From assembly GCA_951406725.2 (NCBI GenBank), contig OX597815.1, positions 179,242,001 to 179,306,000 of the forward strand: a DNA stretch of 64,000 bases, written 5' to 3'. Below, piece by piece: positions 28,701 through 41,329 of the stretch. The notes under the pieces were generated by a model. That model saw only the letters and a list, made by a program, of their open reading frames with translations. It was not told where the DNA came from and ran no database searches. This stretch comes from Octopus vulgaris (taxonomy: Eukaryota). How positions within the stretch are numbered: the first letter of the stretch is position 1; every line of letters begins with the position of its first letter. The position numbers and the translations under genes were made by a program.

Positions 28701-29053
28701 GCTGGAGAATTTGGGTGACTTTTATATCCATTACTAAAACACGCACACGCACACAGAAAAATACACATAGACACACACTCACGCGCGCACACACACGAAC
28801 GCGCGCACACACACGAACGCGCGCATATTTAGTGCCTTACCATACAGTATTGACCGCTATTTTATGGGGACGTAAACACACCAACATCGAGTTTCAAGCG
28901 ATGGAGGGGGGACAAACACAGACACACACACAGATACACACACAAACACACACACACATCCATTGCCTTCCGGTCATTCAATATGTGACCGCGTGTGTAT
29001 CGTTGGCGATTTTTCCCTCCGTCTTCCCTTCGTTGGATCTTTCCTTTTCCTAT

Positions 29054-29088
29054 GTTTCTGACGAAGAGCTCCGCTCGAAACGTTAAAT
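29054..29088 (+). ncRNA. Hammerhead ribozyme, family A, canonical CUGACGA core (unit ~28985-29195)
   Basis: GTTT-CTGACGA-AGAGCTCCGCTC-GAAACGTT-AAAT. Confidence 0.75.
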
Positions 29089-29195
29089 CCTCCTTCTTTC
29101 TTTCCTTTCCTGAGCATCCAATAACACTATACTTGTTCCACGTCCTCGCGTTGTTGTGTTTTCTCTTTGTGTTTTCATGTTTGGATTAACTTTAA

Positions 29196-29261
<66 letters not shown>

Positions 29262-29343
29262 GTGAAAAGGAACACACGAGTTGATATATATGAAAAAACA
29301 AGTCAAAATAGAAAATGCTAAAATAATTTTATAAAGAACATTT

Positions 29344-29381
29344 CAGTACCGGTTTCGGTCATTTTGAGACCTTTTCAACTG
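29344..29381 (-). ncRNA. pLTR hammerhead ribozyme (U3-A8 compensatory core), 3' pLTR
   Basis: CAG-TTGAAAA-GGTC(TCAAAAT)GACC-GAAAC-CG-GTA-CTG. Confidence 0.75.
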
Positions 29382-30077
29382 TAACGATTAAATAATTAAA
29401 TTTAGAAAAATTAGAAGAAAAGTTTTTTTAAAGGAATATTTGTATAGTAGTGTTCAAATATAAGTGGCATTCTGCCTTTCTCTGACTCCCTTGTTTGCAC
29501 TTGTGTGTTCGAGGTCGTTGTGAATTCTTGGTAGGGTAGAAGAAGAAGAAGGCTGAAGAGGAGAGGGGGTGGAAAAATTTGGGAGTGCCTTGATTGTTGT
29601 ATTTTGAATGGTCAGTGACGGCTAGCAGTTGCAGTTCAATTCAGGAGAATATTTCTATTGAGAGATTTGTTTATGGAATTTGCGTAGGTGTTTTACTAAA
29701 AAGCATTAGTGATAAAGTTAAGAGGTAGAAGGTGGAGCAGAAGAAGAAGAAGAAGAAGGAGAAGAAGAAGAAGAAGATGACGATGTTGATGATGATGATG
29801 ATGATGAAGAAGAAGAAGGAGAAGGAGAAGAAGAAGATGATGATGATGATGGTGGTGATGATGATGACGATGATGATGATAATGATGATGATGAAGAAGA
29901 AGAGGAAGAAGAAGAAAACAGAGAAGGGAGAATATGAATGGGTGAAAGTAGTGAGGTGTTGTATGACTTGAAGTTGGCATGTTATGGATTATAGCTGTGA
30001 TTGGGGCTGATTAGTAATGGATTCTTTGGAATGTAATATTTGTGTGTGTATTTCTTTTATTCTAAAGTTGAGGTATA

Positions 30078-32409
30078 TTAATCGTTTGTCGTAGACCCGT
30101 TAAGAAGTGGCCTGTATTTTGTAATAAAGAGAGTTTCTTTACTTATTCGTTGTCTCGAGGTTGTATCGTCCCTAAATTGGTAGAGGGGGAAAATCCTGAA
30201 GCCTGGTGTTTTGTTGTTGGCGCAAGTATCTATGTGTTGGCTGAAAGCTATTTTTCTGTTTTGGGGAATTTTTATCTGGGATCTGTGCAGGGCCATTCTT
30301 TTACGCAAACTATTTTTTGTTTGGCCTATGTACTGCTCTTGACACCCGGAGCAGGTTAGTGAGTATATTAGGTTCTCCGAAGCACATGTGAAGTTGCTTT
30401 TCACTGTAAACCGTTGTCCCTGTTTGAAGGAGAACTCTGATCCCTCAATTAGATAGTCGCATATCCCGCAATTGGGTCTTCCACATTTTTTTACTGTCGG
30501 CTTCTGTGTTGAAGAGTGAATTCGGGCTTGTGTTAGGAGACTTTTCATGGATTTAGGCTGTCTCTTGCTTTTTATGATCGTGTGTGTTTGGAGGATTGTG
30601 TTCATTTTGTGGTCTTTTTTTAGGAGGGGTATGTTGTGGAGGATGGTGCCGAAGGCTTCGTTATTGAGAGGGTTGTGTGTGGAGATGTATGGTAAGGCTT
30701 TTGGTCGTAAGTTTTTCTTTGATTTGGGATGTCTCAGTTCCTTGATGTTAAGTTGAAGGGCACGTTGAATGCACTTGTCAATAAGTGAAGGTGGATAGTT
30801 CCTGGTGATAAGGGTATCTTTTAGTTCTTGTAGTCGTGTGTCTCTGGTGTTTGCATTAGAGACTATAGTGCATATCCTTTTTGCTAGATTGAAGGGGATA
30901 TTCATCCTGGTGTGTCTGGGGTGGCATGAATTGAATGGAAGATATTGCTTAGAGTCTGTAGGCTTATAATATATGTCTGTTTCTATTACATTATTAGCTT
31001 TCTTAATGAGGATATCGAGGAAGGGGAGTTGTTGCTGGCTATATTCCATCGTGAATTGGATGTTTACGTCCAGTCCGTTTAAAATTTCTCGGAATTCTAT
31101 GAGTTTCTCAATATTTTCATGCCAAAGGATGAAACAGTCATCTAGATATCTCTTCCAGTTGTTTTCTATGTAGATGGAGAAAGGGCTGCCATATCTTTCT
31201 AGAACCTTACGATACAGACTGATCTCTAGATATCCTATGACTAGGTTGGCAAAGGAGGGGGCCATTCGTGTACCCATCGCAGTCCCCGATTTTTGTCGGT
31301 AGAAGTTGTCATTGAAGGCGAAGAAGTTATTTTCCAGGATGAATTTAACCCCTTCTATCACGAATTCTTTTTTGATGCGATGTGGTAGTTCGTTGGCGTG
31401 ATTCTCTAGCCAGAATTGGATTGCCTCTAGTCCTAGGTTGTGGGGGATATTGGAGTAGAGGTTGACTACATCGAAGGATACCAGTATGGTGTTTTTGTTT
31501 ATAGTATTCGGTAGGTGATTGAGCATATCCAAGTCGTCCCTTATATAGCTTTTGACATGTTTGAGGAGTGGTTTTAACAGGGTGTCTAAAAAGTTACTGA
31601 GGCGGTGGGTTTCGCATGCGGGACCTGCTATTATGGGTCTCAATTTGAGGTCATTAGGATTAGGGACTTTAATTATTTTGTCTGTAGCTATCTTGCATGC
31701 GTTGCTTATTTTCTCACTTTTGTGTATCTTAGGTATACCGTAGAATTGGATGGTTTTACTTGTGAAATTGGTCATATAATCATATTCTTTGTCGGTGAGC
31801 CCTGCTTTGTATGGGTTTAACATGGATTTTAGTTCCCTCATTATTTTTTGTTGACTGTAGTTTTGTGCCTTTTCATAGTATGTTGTGTCTTCCAGCATAG
31901 AAAGTACCAAAGTTATGTAAAATGTCGTATCCATTAAGACAACAGCACTCCCTTTATCGGCCTCTTTGATTGTTATTGTTTTATCTTGTTTTAATTTGTT
32001 CAACTCAGCCCATTCTTTTTTGCTGAAGTTTGGTTTGTGTTTTTGTTTGTGTATATGTTGATATGGGTAATTTGATATGTGGTCACAGAAATCATCAAGT
32101 GTTTTGTTCTTACCTTTAGAGGGGGTGTAGTTACTCCTATTTCTGACTAACGATTCGTCCTCGTTGTATTTATCGTATAGCTCCTCAGGTAAGTCTTAAT
32201 TTTCTGCAGAATTCTGCGATGTCTTCTTTCATTTCATTGTAGTTGGGGTGTTGTGGGGTGGGTGTAAACTTGAGTCCTTTGGAAAGTATGTTTATTTGGT
32301 TTGCTGTTAGTTCCTTGTGAGTTAGATTGATAATTTTTATTACTTTTGGTTCCTCCTGCTTGTTTGGTGCTATCTTGTGTCTCTGTGTTTGCGTATTGGG
32401 TCTAAAAAA
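30078..32409 (-). CDS. PLE reverse transcriptase + GIY-YIG endonuclease; N-terminus extends beyond the tracked ORF (1-nt frameshift at ~32188)
   Basis: ADKG, GIPKIHK, LRPII, SFDVVNLY, GTAMG, RYLDD, PFLD, CGRPNCGIC linker, LIY...YIGQT..LRKR motifs. Upstream INLTHKELTANQINILSKGLKFTPTP (PLE N-terminal motif) in a neighbouring frame. Confidence 0.93.
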
Positions 32410-33605
32410 TGAATGCGGTGGTTGGGACGGTAGCTATTATATAGTTGTTCTTTGTTGATGTGGGGTCTCCTGTTGTGATTTATGGTGTGTGTTCTTGGAG
32501 CAGTATTGAGGAGAGCGTCCCGATATCCCATATTCGGGTGTGGTGTTCTAGGAGGCCTTCGTTGGTAATCATTGCAAGTGGTGTGGGTTTGTTGTGCATG
32601 GTTGTTTAACCGGTTGATGGGACGAAGATTTCGTTGGTAACTCTTTTGGGTGGGGATAAGGTTGCAGTGTCTATGCTGTGGGTGTTGATTTATCCTTTCT
32701 CTGCTTGAAGTAGGGGTATTCCTGATATTGTATCGCTGGCTGCTTACAGAGTTAGGGTTAGGTCCTGTATTCTTTTTTTGATAGTAGTGAAGGTTCCGAT
32801 TTTTAGACAGGTGTGTATCGGTGTTTGGGTGTTGTTTTGGTTTTCTTATTTTCTGGAAAGGGTTGTTGGAGGCGTGCTCTGTTGGAAAGACGGCTTCATA
32901 GTCTGAGAACCAAGTGGCGCTTTTCTCCCAGCGTTGGAGAGATTTTAGTTCTTCTTTTTCACAGTCCTCTTTCCATAGTTTGGAGAACTTCTCTTGATCT
33001 GGGCCTTGGGTCATTTTGCGAATTTCTTCGTTGATATCTTCATCGGTGGATTTTATTTTATCCTCATTCGTTTGGGCCCTCAATTTCAGAAGTTTTATTT
33101 CCATTTTCATTTTTTCCAGTGCCATTCTTTCCCTGAGGCGTCTTCGTGTTTCAGGTTCCTCTGTAATAGTTTTGAACTGGAATTTACGTGGGAGGATTAA
33201 CGGGGTCCGGTTGAGCCATTTTTCGTATATATCCGCTTTGTTGTTGTTTTGGATCATCTTCCAAAAGGCGAACTTTCTATCTCTGAGTGATTTGTTCCAT
33301 TGTGGTATTATGTGGTGTTTCATTTGGTATGTTGTTAGAGTATTGATCCCATATATTGACGCGTTTGGGGGTCCTTGGTTAGCGTTGTTAGAGAAAAATG
33401 TTCTAATTGTTTCGCATAAGTTTCCAAGGTTTTCGACAATTTCGGAGGTTGTATTTTTCGTATCAGCTTCCTCATTGTTCTCTCGATTGGGTTGATGTGT
33501 CGAGTCGAATTTGTTCAAAAATGTTGACAAATTTGTGTTGATTTTCTTGAGTTCTTTCAGTATTTCTTCATTTATGGAGGTGATTGTGTCTGTTTTTGTC
33601 GGCAT
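32370..33605 (-). CDS. PLE1 ORF1: ~410 aa unknown protein, central coiled coil, basic N/H/R/P-rich disordered C-terminus
   Basis: Uninterrupted ORF between the 5' pLTR and RT. First ATG (MPTKTD) at 33605; the track's GTG start lies inside the pLTR. Heptad-like RLRERMALEKMKMEIKLLKLRAQTNEDKIKSTDEDINEEI. Confidence 0.8.
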   Translation of the reverse strand: MPTKTDTITSINEEILKELKKINTNLSTFLNKFDSTHQPNRENNEEADTKNTTSEIVENLGNLCETIRTFFSNNANQGPPNASIYGINTLTTYQMKHHIIPQWNKSLRDRKFAFWKMIQNNNKADIYEKWLNRTPLILPRKFQFKTITEEPETRRRLRERMALEKMKMEIKLLKLRAQTNEDKIKSTDEDINEEIRKMTQGPDQEKFSKLWKEDCEKEELKSLQRWEKSATWFSDYEAVFPTEHASNNPFQKIRKPKQHPNTDTHLSKNRNLHYYQKKNTGPNPNSVSSQRYNIRNTPTSSRERINQHPQHRHCNLIPTQKSYQRNLRPINRLNNHAQQTHTTCNDYQRRPPRTPHPNMGYRDALLNTAPRTHTINHNRRPHINKEQLYNSYRPNHRIHFLDPIRKHRDTR

Positions 33606-33724
33606 TTTCTGTATCTCGTGTGGGTTAATGATATGTATAAGGGTGAAAAGGAACACACGAGTTGATATATATGAAAAAACAAGTCAAAATAGAAAATGCT
33701 AAAATAATTTTATAAAGAACATTT

Positions 33725-33762
33725 CAGTACCGGTTTCGGTCATTTTGAGACCTTTTCAACTG
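33725..33762 (-). ncRNA. pLTR hammerhead ribozyme, 5' pLTR
   Basis: Identical to 29344-29381. Confidence 0.75.
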
Positions 33763-33999
33763 TAACGATTAAATAATTAAATTTAGAAAAATTAGAAGAA
33801 AAGTTTTTTTAAAGGAATATTTGTATAGTAGTGTTCAAATATAAGTGGCATTCTTGCCTTTCTCTGACTCGAACACACAAGTGCAAACAAGGGAGTCAGA
33901 GAAAGGCAGAATGCCACTTATATTTGAACACTACTATACAAATATTCCTTTAAAAAAACTTTTCTTCTAATTTTTCTAAATTTAATTATTTAATCGTTA

Positions 34000-34037
34000 C
34001 AGTTGAAAAGGTCTCAAAATGACCGAAACCGGTACTG
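34000..34037 (+). ncRNA. pLTR hammerhead ribozyme, inverted pLTR
   Basis: CAGTTGAAAAGGTCTCAAAATGACCGAAACCGGTACTG read directly on plus. Confidence 0.75.
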
Positions 34038-34085
34038 AAATGTTCTTTATAAAATTATTTTAGCATTTTCTATTTTGACTTGTTT

Positions 34086-34475
<390 letters not shown>

Positions 34476-34490
34476 CACGTGTGTATGTGT

Positions 34491-34530
<40 letters not shown>

Positions 34531-35199
34531 ACATATATCTAGACGAGTAGGTGGATATGCACACGTCTATTTGATGCATAGATGATGATACATTTTCTAC
34601 GACTTCTTATCTTAATACCGAACGGCAAGATAATAAATGTGTGTGCGCGCGCACGTTTACGTGCGTGAGTGTGTGTGCGTATGCGTATGTGTACATGTGC
34701 CTGCGTGTGTGTGTGTGTGTGTGTGTGCGTGTATTTCAATCATTGAAATCTGTGAATTGGTGTGTGGCACATCTCTTAAAACGTAACCTTTGTTTCGTTG
34801 CTGTTCTTTCATTATTTAGCAACATACCACTCAATAAACTATCAAGACCGAATGGCTTTTAAGTCTAAGGCAGACTCCAGTGCATTTGCTTGACCTTTGC
34901 TGGTGACATTTTAGGCATTTGAAGGTTATATCCGTACCAAAGACGATGTTCTTATCGAACGTTTTGAGGCCAGATGAAATGTATACATATATGTTTAGGA
35001 GAGAGTGATCACCTGATTATAGGATTTAATGCGAAATGCATCTGTTCACCGAGGCAAATGTCTGAGCTGAAGCCAATATTACTGTTTAAAGTTATTGCTC
35101 CGCTTTATTAGTTCAAATCGCGACAAATTTGACTTTGCATCATTGCGGGCCTTTCTCTGCTGGTTTTCATTGTAAACTATATACACTCATTGTGTATAT

Positions 35200-35381
35200 A
35201 GAGTTCAAATTCCGTTACGTTCTGAGTTCAAATTCCGCCCAGGTCGACTTTGCCTTTCATCCTTTCGGGGTCGATAAATAAAGTACCAGTTTCGCACTGG
35301 GGGCGATATAATCGACTCAATCCCTTCGTCTGTCCTTGTTTGTCCCCTCTATGTTTAGCCCCTTCTGGGCAGTAAAGAAAT
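35200..35381 (+). mobile_element. SINE family S3 (5' truncated)
   Basis: Matches S3. Confidence 0.8.
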
Positions 35382-36984
35382 ACATATACACTCATTGTTG
35401 TTGCTATATCGCCCTGTAATAAGTGGTTCGGCGAAATGGACCGATGTAATAATTATCAGGCTTAGAAAAAAGAACTGGAGTCGATTCGTTCGACTAAAAT
35501 TATGCGAGGTGGCGCTCCAGCATGGTCACATTCTAATGGCAGAAACAAATGAAAACACAAAGGTACTTGACTGCCATTTCTAACAGGTCAGGTAATCAGA
35601 TAGGTCCTCCATCGTTGGCTATGATTAACTTGAAGTTGATTCAATAAATACTCTGCTGTTTTTATAATCGTTGCAAGTAATCTATAATCACTCAATCATG
35701 GGGATATACCTTGCTGGACAACCATTTGAAATGGGAAGGTGGAGAGATTATCTCATTCAAATTCATGAAAGTTATTTAATAACTAACGGATGGTATACTT
35801 AATCTGTCAAAATACCGGCACCAAATGACTGAATGCGAGCCATTATTTAACGAGACTCTCTTGAGGGCAGTTTAAAATCTAGAATGAAACAAGGGCATTA
35901 ATTCCAATAATATTACTTTATCGAAGTGTTTGGTCAATATAGACAACATACAGTATGTGTCTAGAGTTTATTAGTAAGTTCGACTTTTCAGTTTTACAGA
36001 CACACCGGTACCTGTTAATAAACTATTAACTAAAATAGACAACAGCAAATGGAAACTGGACTGGAAGAGGTCTTTAAATGAAACTCGTAAAATTTGCTAC
36101 TTATTTTATCGATCTGGAAATGATGAAAGGTAAAGTCTACCTCGCCAGTATCTGAATATCCTGCAGAGTTATTCACACAGCAGTAGCCACCGCAAAATAT
36201 ACAATTCTTTGGAAATAAAGGCCTCGGTAAACGTAGAGACACTGTTTCAGCTTGTTTGAAGGAGTTAATTGGGGTAAACTTTGCGTGCCAAATCGCTACA
36301 TTCAAAAGCATCTCTCCATTGTAAAACCTTCCACCGCGTCAAGAATGCTGTCATAATTGACATCTTACACTCCTACGAAGGGCAGGAAATTAATTATAGC
36401 AAGGGGATTTGAAAGACAATGGGAAACTGAGGGAGAGAAAGAGAGGAGAGGGCAAAAGAAGAGAGAGAGAGAGAGAGAGAGCAAAATAGAGAACGGCATC
36501 AAAGTTGAGAAATGTCGACAATACACCACCAATAAAAGATAGATGGACGACATATGTCGGGATTTATTATTAATCGAAAGAAACAAAACCGATAAAGATA
36601 ATAATCGAAATATAGTCTATAGTTTTGGCAGCAGAAATCGAGAGATATTTCTACTTCCTACAAGAAGAGAAGCTGATGATAAAAACAGTGGCAGTAGTTT
36701 AAAGGAAAAAGAAGAGACTCATTCTCATGAATGTTGTGATTATTTTTCAACGTTCAAACGTTTAGTTTTTGCGACTCCTTCTGTGGTTGAAAAGCCATAG
36801 ATTTCGGTTGCCATACAAGTTTATGATATTCTGTGTCTGTAATTTATCAAGCTATTATTTTGCGAAAGAAATAATCTGGAAACGGTTGAGTAATATGAGG
36901 TGGTAAACGAGGCAAATGTAAACTAGCCGTAGTCGCTCACCTTTGATCTCTGCACGCTTAGGATTGCCATGGTTTGGTTAAATT

Positions 36985-37214
36985 CTTTTATTCTTTTACC
37001 TGTCTCAGTCATTTGACTGCGGCCATGCTGAAGCACCACCTTAAAAGATGTTAGTCGAAGAAATCAACCCCAGGACTTATTCTTTGTAAGCCTAGTACTT
37101 ATTCTGTCCTCTTTCACTGAACCGCTAAGTTACGGGAACATGAACACACCAGCATTGGTTGTCAAGCGATGGCAGGGGGACAAACACAACCACACACACA
37201 CACACACACACAAA

Positions 37215-37266
<52 letters not shown>

Positions 37267-37430
37267 ATACGACGAGATTCTTCCAGTTTCCATTTACCAA
37301 ATCCAATCACAAGGCTTTGATCAGTTCGTGGCTATAGTAGAAAAGACTTGCCCGAGGTGCCACGCAGTGGGACTGAATCCGGAACCATGTGGTAGGGAAG
37401 CAAGCTTCTTACCATACAGCCACACCTGCA
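36985..37430 (-). mobile_element. SINE family S1
   Basis: Reverse complement of S1. Confidence 0.85.
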
Positions 37431-39114
37431 CCAATGTGTAGAATCTAATCAAAACTCAGATCCCTTTCACCATTTTATATGGATGAGTGCATCCAGGGTG
37501 GTCAATGTCACATAGAGATTGACCTAAAAAAAAAAAAAAATTCAATAAAAGTCAGAAGAGAGATGTCGGAATGCCTGCATCACTTCGGTGGTGTAAGTAG
37601 TTCCTTGCATTGCGCCAGAAAATATCCGAGAAGATTGCAGCGTCTCTCTTTTTGCAAGAAGCAAAACGGAAAGGATTCTCGGATCGGATCGATCAGCATC
37701 TGTTCCGAAGTCGGTACTAGTATGGTGTAACGGATGATGCGCCGAGGCTACGGCATCTACCATAGATTCCTGGGCGGCAAGCGTCTTGGTTATTTACCAG
37801 ACATATTTTCCAACAACTTCTTGTTGTTTTTTTACTCATCTGCTGTCCTGTACAAACCGGGAACAAATGAAGACACTCGAAAAACAAAATGTTGTTTGCT
37901 CGGACCAACAACTCCTCCCTGCTATCTCTCTCTCTTAGTTTGGCAGGAAAGATGGTCGGGGAGACGTGAATACTTTTGAGAGAAATTGTAAATTATGAAC
38001 GGCAATGTAGTATGAAGTAGTCAGGAGAGTGTGTGTGAAAGAGAATGTGTGTGAGAGAGAGGAGGGAGAGAGGGAGAGATAGCGAGAGAAAGAGAGATAA
38101 ATAGAGAGAGAGCATACACCTGAAGATAGGCTTTGTAAATAGACTTGACTCTTTCTGTGTGCCTTTACCTCATTAGTATTCAATCTTGTACATATCTTGT
38201 AGTTACGACTAATAACATGGACTTGAAATAATTCAGCATCTAATGAAAATCGTTATATTATTTATTTTATTCTCTTTATATTGTCTGTCCGTATGTCACC
38301 CGAACCCTCTTCGCTTTTACATGTCTGGGGCCGATTAACATAAATCTTCACATGAGATCGATTTTATTGATTACCTAACCTCCAAATTTGTAAGATTGTA
38401 CTAAAATGGCAAATTATTATTAGCATTGTCACAATGCCGAAGACATGGTCTTTGAATTCGATTGTTTGTATGCTTGAGACTTTAGAATATGCTTTGTCCA
38501 AGAATTAATTTCTCTACATTTAGGGGTCTTCTAGGTTAAAAATAATGTTTCGTTCTCACTTAAATGCGTCATTTGTTCCAGACAAACGTATTTGTTATTA
38601 AGGTCTATGCTATGACGATAAAACATTTCGGATATCGATTAGCTGTTCATCAATGCAAATGCCACGGCCTACCATTTTCCTACTGATTTCTTCGTACAAA
38701 AGACTGTATAAATTTCAAATTTTAAATCGTCAAATACAAAATCGTTGAATCAATTAAACTAAAGTGAGAGATTGTCAGACAAACAATACACAAAGCTTGC
38801 ACTTTGGCACATGCTGAAGTAATCAAGTCACGTGTTCAGTAGAAAAGAAATTTTGTCATTTATAGTACAATGAAAAACATAAAGGCATTTTCAAATTCTA
38901 AACATATAGATGTGAAATACAGACACACAGACGCAAACCAACATACACGTAGATACACACACCTATGGATAATGGTTTCAAATTTTGGCACAAAAGCAAA
39001 CAGTTCAGAGTTAATCTAATCCCGAAAAATTGAAATCAATGTTGACCTCAGCAGAATTTGAACTCAAGACGGACGAATTGCCACAAAGCATTTTGACCGG
39101 CGTGCTAAAGATTC

Positions 39115-39350
39115 TTATTCCTTTACTTCCCACAAGGGGCTACTCACAGAGGGGACAAACAAGGACAGACAATCGGATTAAGTCGATTTCATCGACCCCA
39201 GTGCGTAACTGCTACTTATTTAATCGACTCCGAAAGGATGAAAGGTAAAGTCGACCACGGTGGAATTTGAACTCAGAACGTAGCGGCAGACGAAATACGG
39301 CTAAGCATTTCGCTCGGCGTGCTAAAGATTCTGCCAGCTCGCCTCCTTAC
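39115..39350 (-). mobile_element. SINE family S3
   Basis: Reverse complement of S3. Confidence 0.85.
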
Positions 39351-39554
39351 GCCAATGTATTACGATCTGATTAAGCAGTTATATGCATTTTCATCTTCCA
39401 TAAAAGGAAAATACAATAATCTCTTCTCATCTTGAAACAAGCTATGGAATATATGCGATAACTATTGAAATATTTCTTTTAAAAAAAGTAGATTCCAAAG
39501 AAACTAGTGATGCCATGCGTCGTAAATTTTAAGCAGAAAAGTTCTATATTTAAG

Positions 39555-39740
39555 AGATGAGGAATTATGCCTCATTATTTACATTATTTACATTATTTAC
39601 ATTTGACGGATATTTGCCCTTGTCTTTTGTTGTTAACACGTTTTGGCTGATATACCCTCCAGCCTTCTTGGGGTTAGTAGTCCCAGCTCTTAACCACTAC
39701 GCCATATGCCCGTGGTTAAGAGTGTGGGTATATGGCGTTT
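39555..39740 (-). mobile_element. Internally deleted copy of the tRNA-headed HHR SINE
   Basis: Shares GCTGATATACCCTCCAGCCTT and GGGTTAGTAGTCC...CTCTTAACCACTACGCCA with 54869-55204. Confidence 0.7.
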
Positions 39741-40930
39741 ATATACATTGGTGAATATCAAGAAGTGATCATCCGGTGGACTAGATTTTGCAGTAAATCT
39801 GGGAGGGAAATCATGTAATATTTAATAAGAATAAATAAATTCCTTCGGCGTATAAATGTTTCTAATTTTGATCTTAAAATACTATGAGGTTATAAGCCCT
39901 AAAAAGCACAAGAGTCGAGAAACTGAAAGATCAACATTACAACCGAAATGCGTGCAGTTTTAGCATCGGGGCTGACAGAGACCCTTCCATAAATCTTATA
40001 TATATCTTTTTTTTTTTTAAATACATACATTAAAGAAAATATATGTAGTTTCTAACAAAGCTCTACGTTCCATCGCTGGTATTTAGAAAACAACATTGGA
40101 GAAGAACTGGAATAGGTGCTGTTTGTGTGTGTAAACCATTATCGTAAAAGCAAATTTCTACATGGTGAAAAATACTTCGGCCTGCATAACACTAAACTGT
40201 CTCTCACATTTATAACAAGGAACTGAACGAAAGGAAAATAAGGGAAATATATGATTTAAGAGGAATTAACAGTCTGTTAGTGATCTAGGTTGGATAAGCT
40301 CGGCCTAAAACATTTTTAAAAACAGGCCTCTATGTCCCTTGGTAACATCATCTTGTATTTACGGATGCATGTACGTATCATAATTGTAAAAGTATAATTG
40401 TAAATAACTCATGCTAGACATTACAGTCATTTTGTTGATATGAAAACGGATGTGATGTAAATATTTCGCTGTTTGAATAAATACTGTATTTGTGTTTGTT
40501 TTGGTATCTTAATTTTCACCTGGTCACAGAAAAAAGAAATCAAGGACAGATTGCAAAGACACTGTATGCACGCGCGCGCACACGCATACACACACACATA
40601 CACGCATATACACATAAACATACAGGCATACAGTTATGCTCAAATTCAAACACACAAGCATACGCAAATATGCAATTTACATCCAAGGGAAAATATGCGC
40701 CTGCCTATGTGTAAGTATAGTTTCTATGGAAACATCCGTGAAAAACAATAAAGCCAGTTTTTTTAAGTACTCGATCGCTTCTGCCTCGAGCTACACACAC
40801 CCCTGTATCATTTTCACTACCCGAAATATACCCAGCGGTTTTGCTCTGAGCACTTTAACATAAAAACAGTCCCGATACTTTTAAATCAGACCTCGTGTAG
40901 ATGTTTCTGCTTTTGGAAATGTGTGTATAG

Positions 40931-41329
40931 TAGGAGTGGCTGTGTGGTAAGTAGCTTGTTTACCTACCACATGGTTCCGGGTTCAGTCCCACTGCGTGGC
41001 ACCTTGGGCAAGTGTCTTCTCCTATAGCCTCAGGCCAACAAAAGCCTTGTGAGTGCGTTTGATAGACGGAAACTGAATGAAGCCCGTCGTATATATGTAT
41101 ATATATATATGTGTGTGTGTGTATATGTTTGTGTGTCTGTATTTGTTCCCCCAACATTGCTTGACAACTGATGCTGGTATGTTTACGTCATCGTAACCTG
41201 GTGTTTCGGCAAAAGAGACCGATAGAATAAGTACTAGACTTACAAAGAATAAGTCCAGGGGTCGATTTGCTGGACGAAAGGCGGTGCTCCAGCATGGCCA
41301 CAGTCAAATGACTGAAACAAGTAAAAGAG
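40931..41329 (+). mobile_element. Full-length SINE family S1
   Basis: Matches the 22734 copy. Confidence 0.9.

Noticed and set aside
29696-29980. Poly-His/Leu or poly-Lys/Met ORFs
   Set aside because: Trinucleotide repeats in the PLE1 3' UTR.
32185-32187. In-frame TGA in the PLE1 RT N-terminus as Sec
   Set aside because: Homology continues in the +1 frame, so this is a 1-nt insertion (mutation or sequencing error).
33606-33656. ORF1 start at the GTG given in the track (hydrophobic MFLFTLIHII)
   Set aside because: That start lies in the pLTR; the ATG at 33605 is more plausible.
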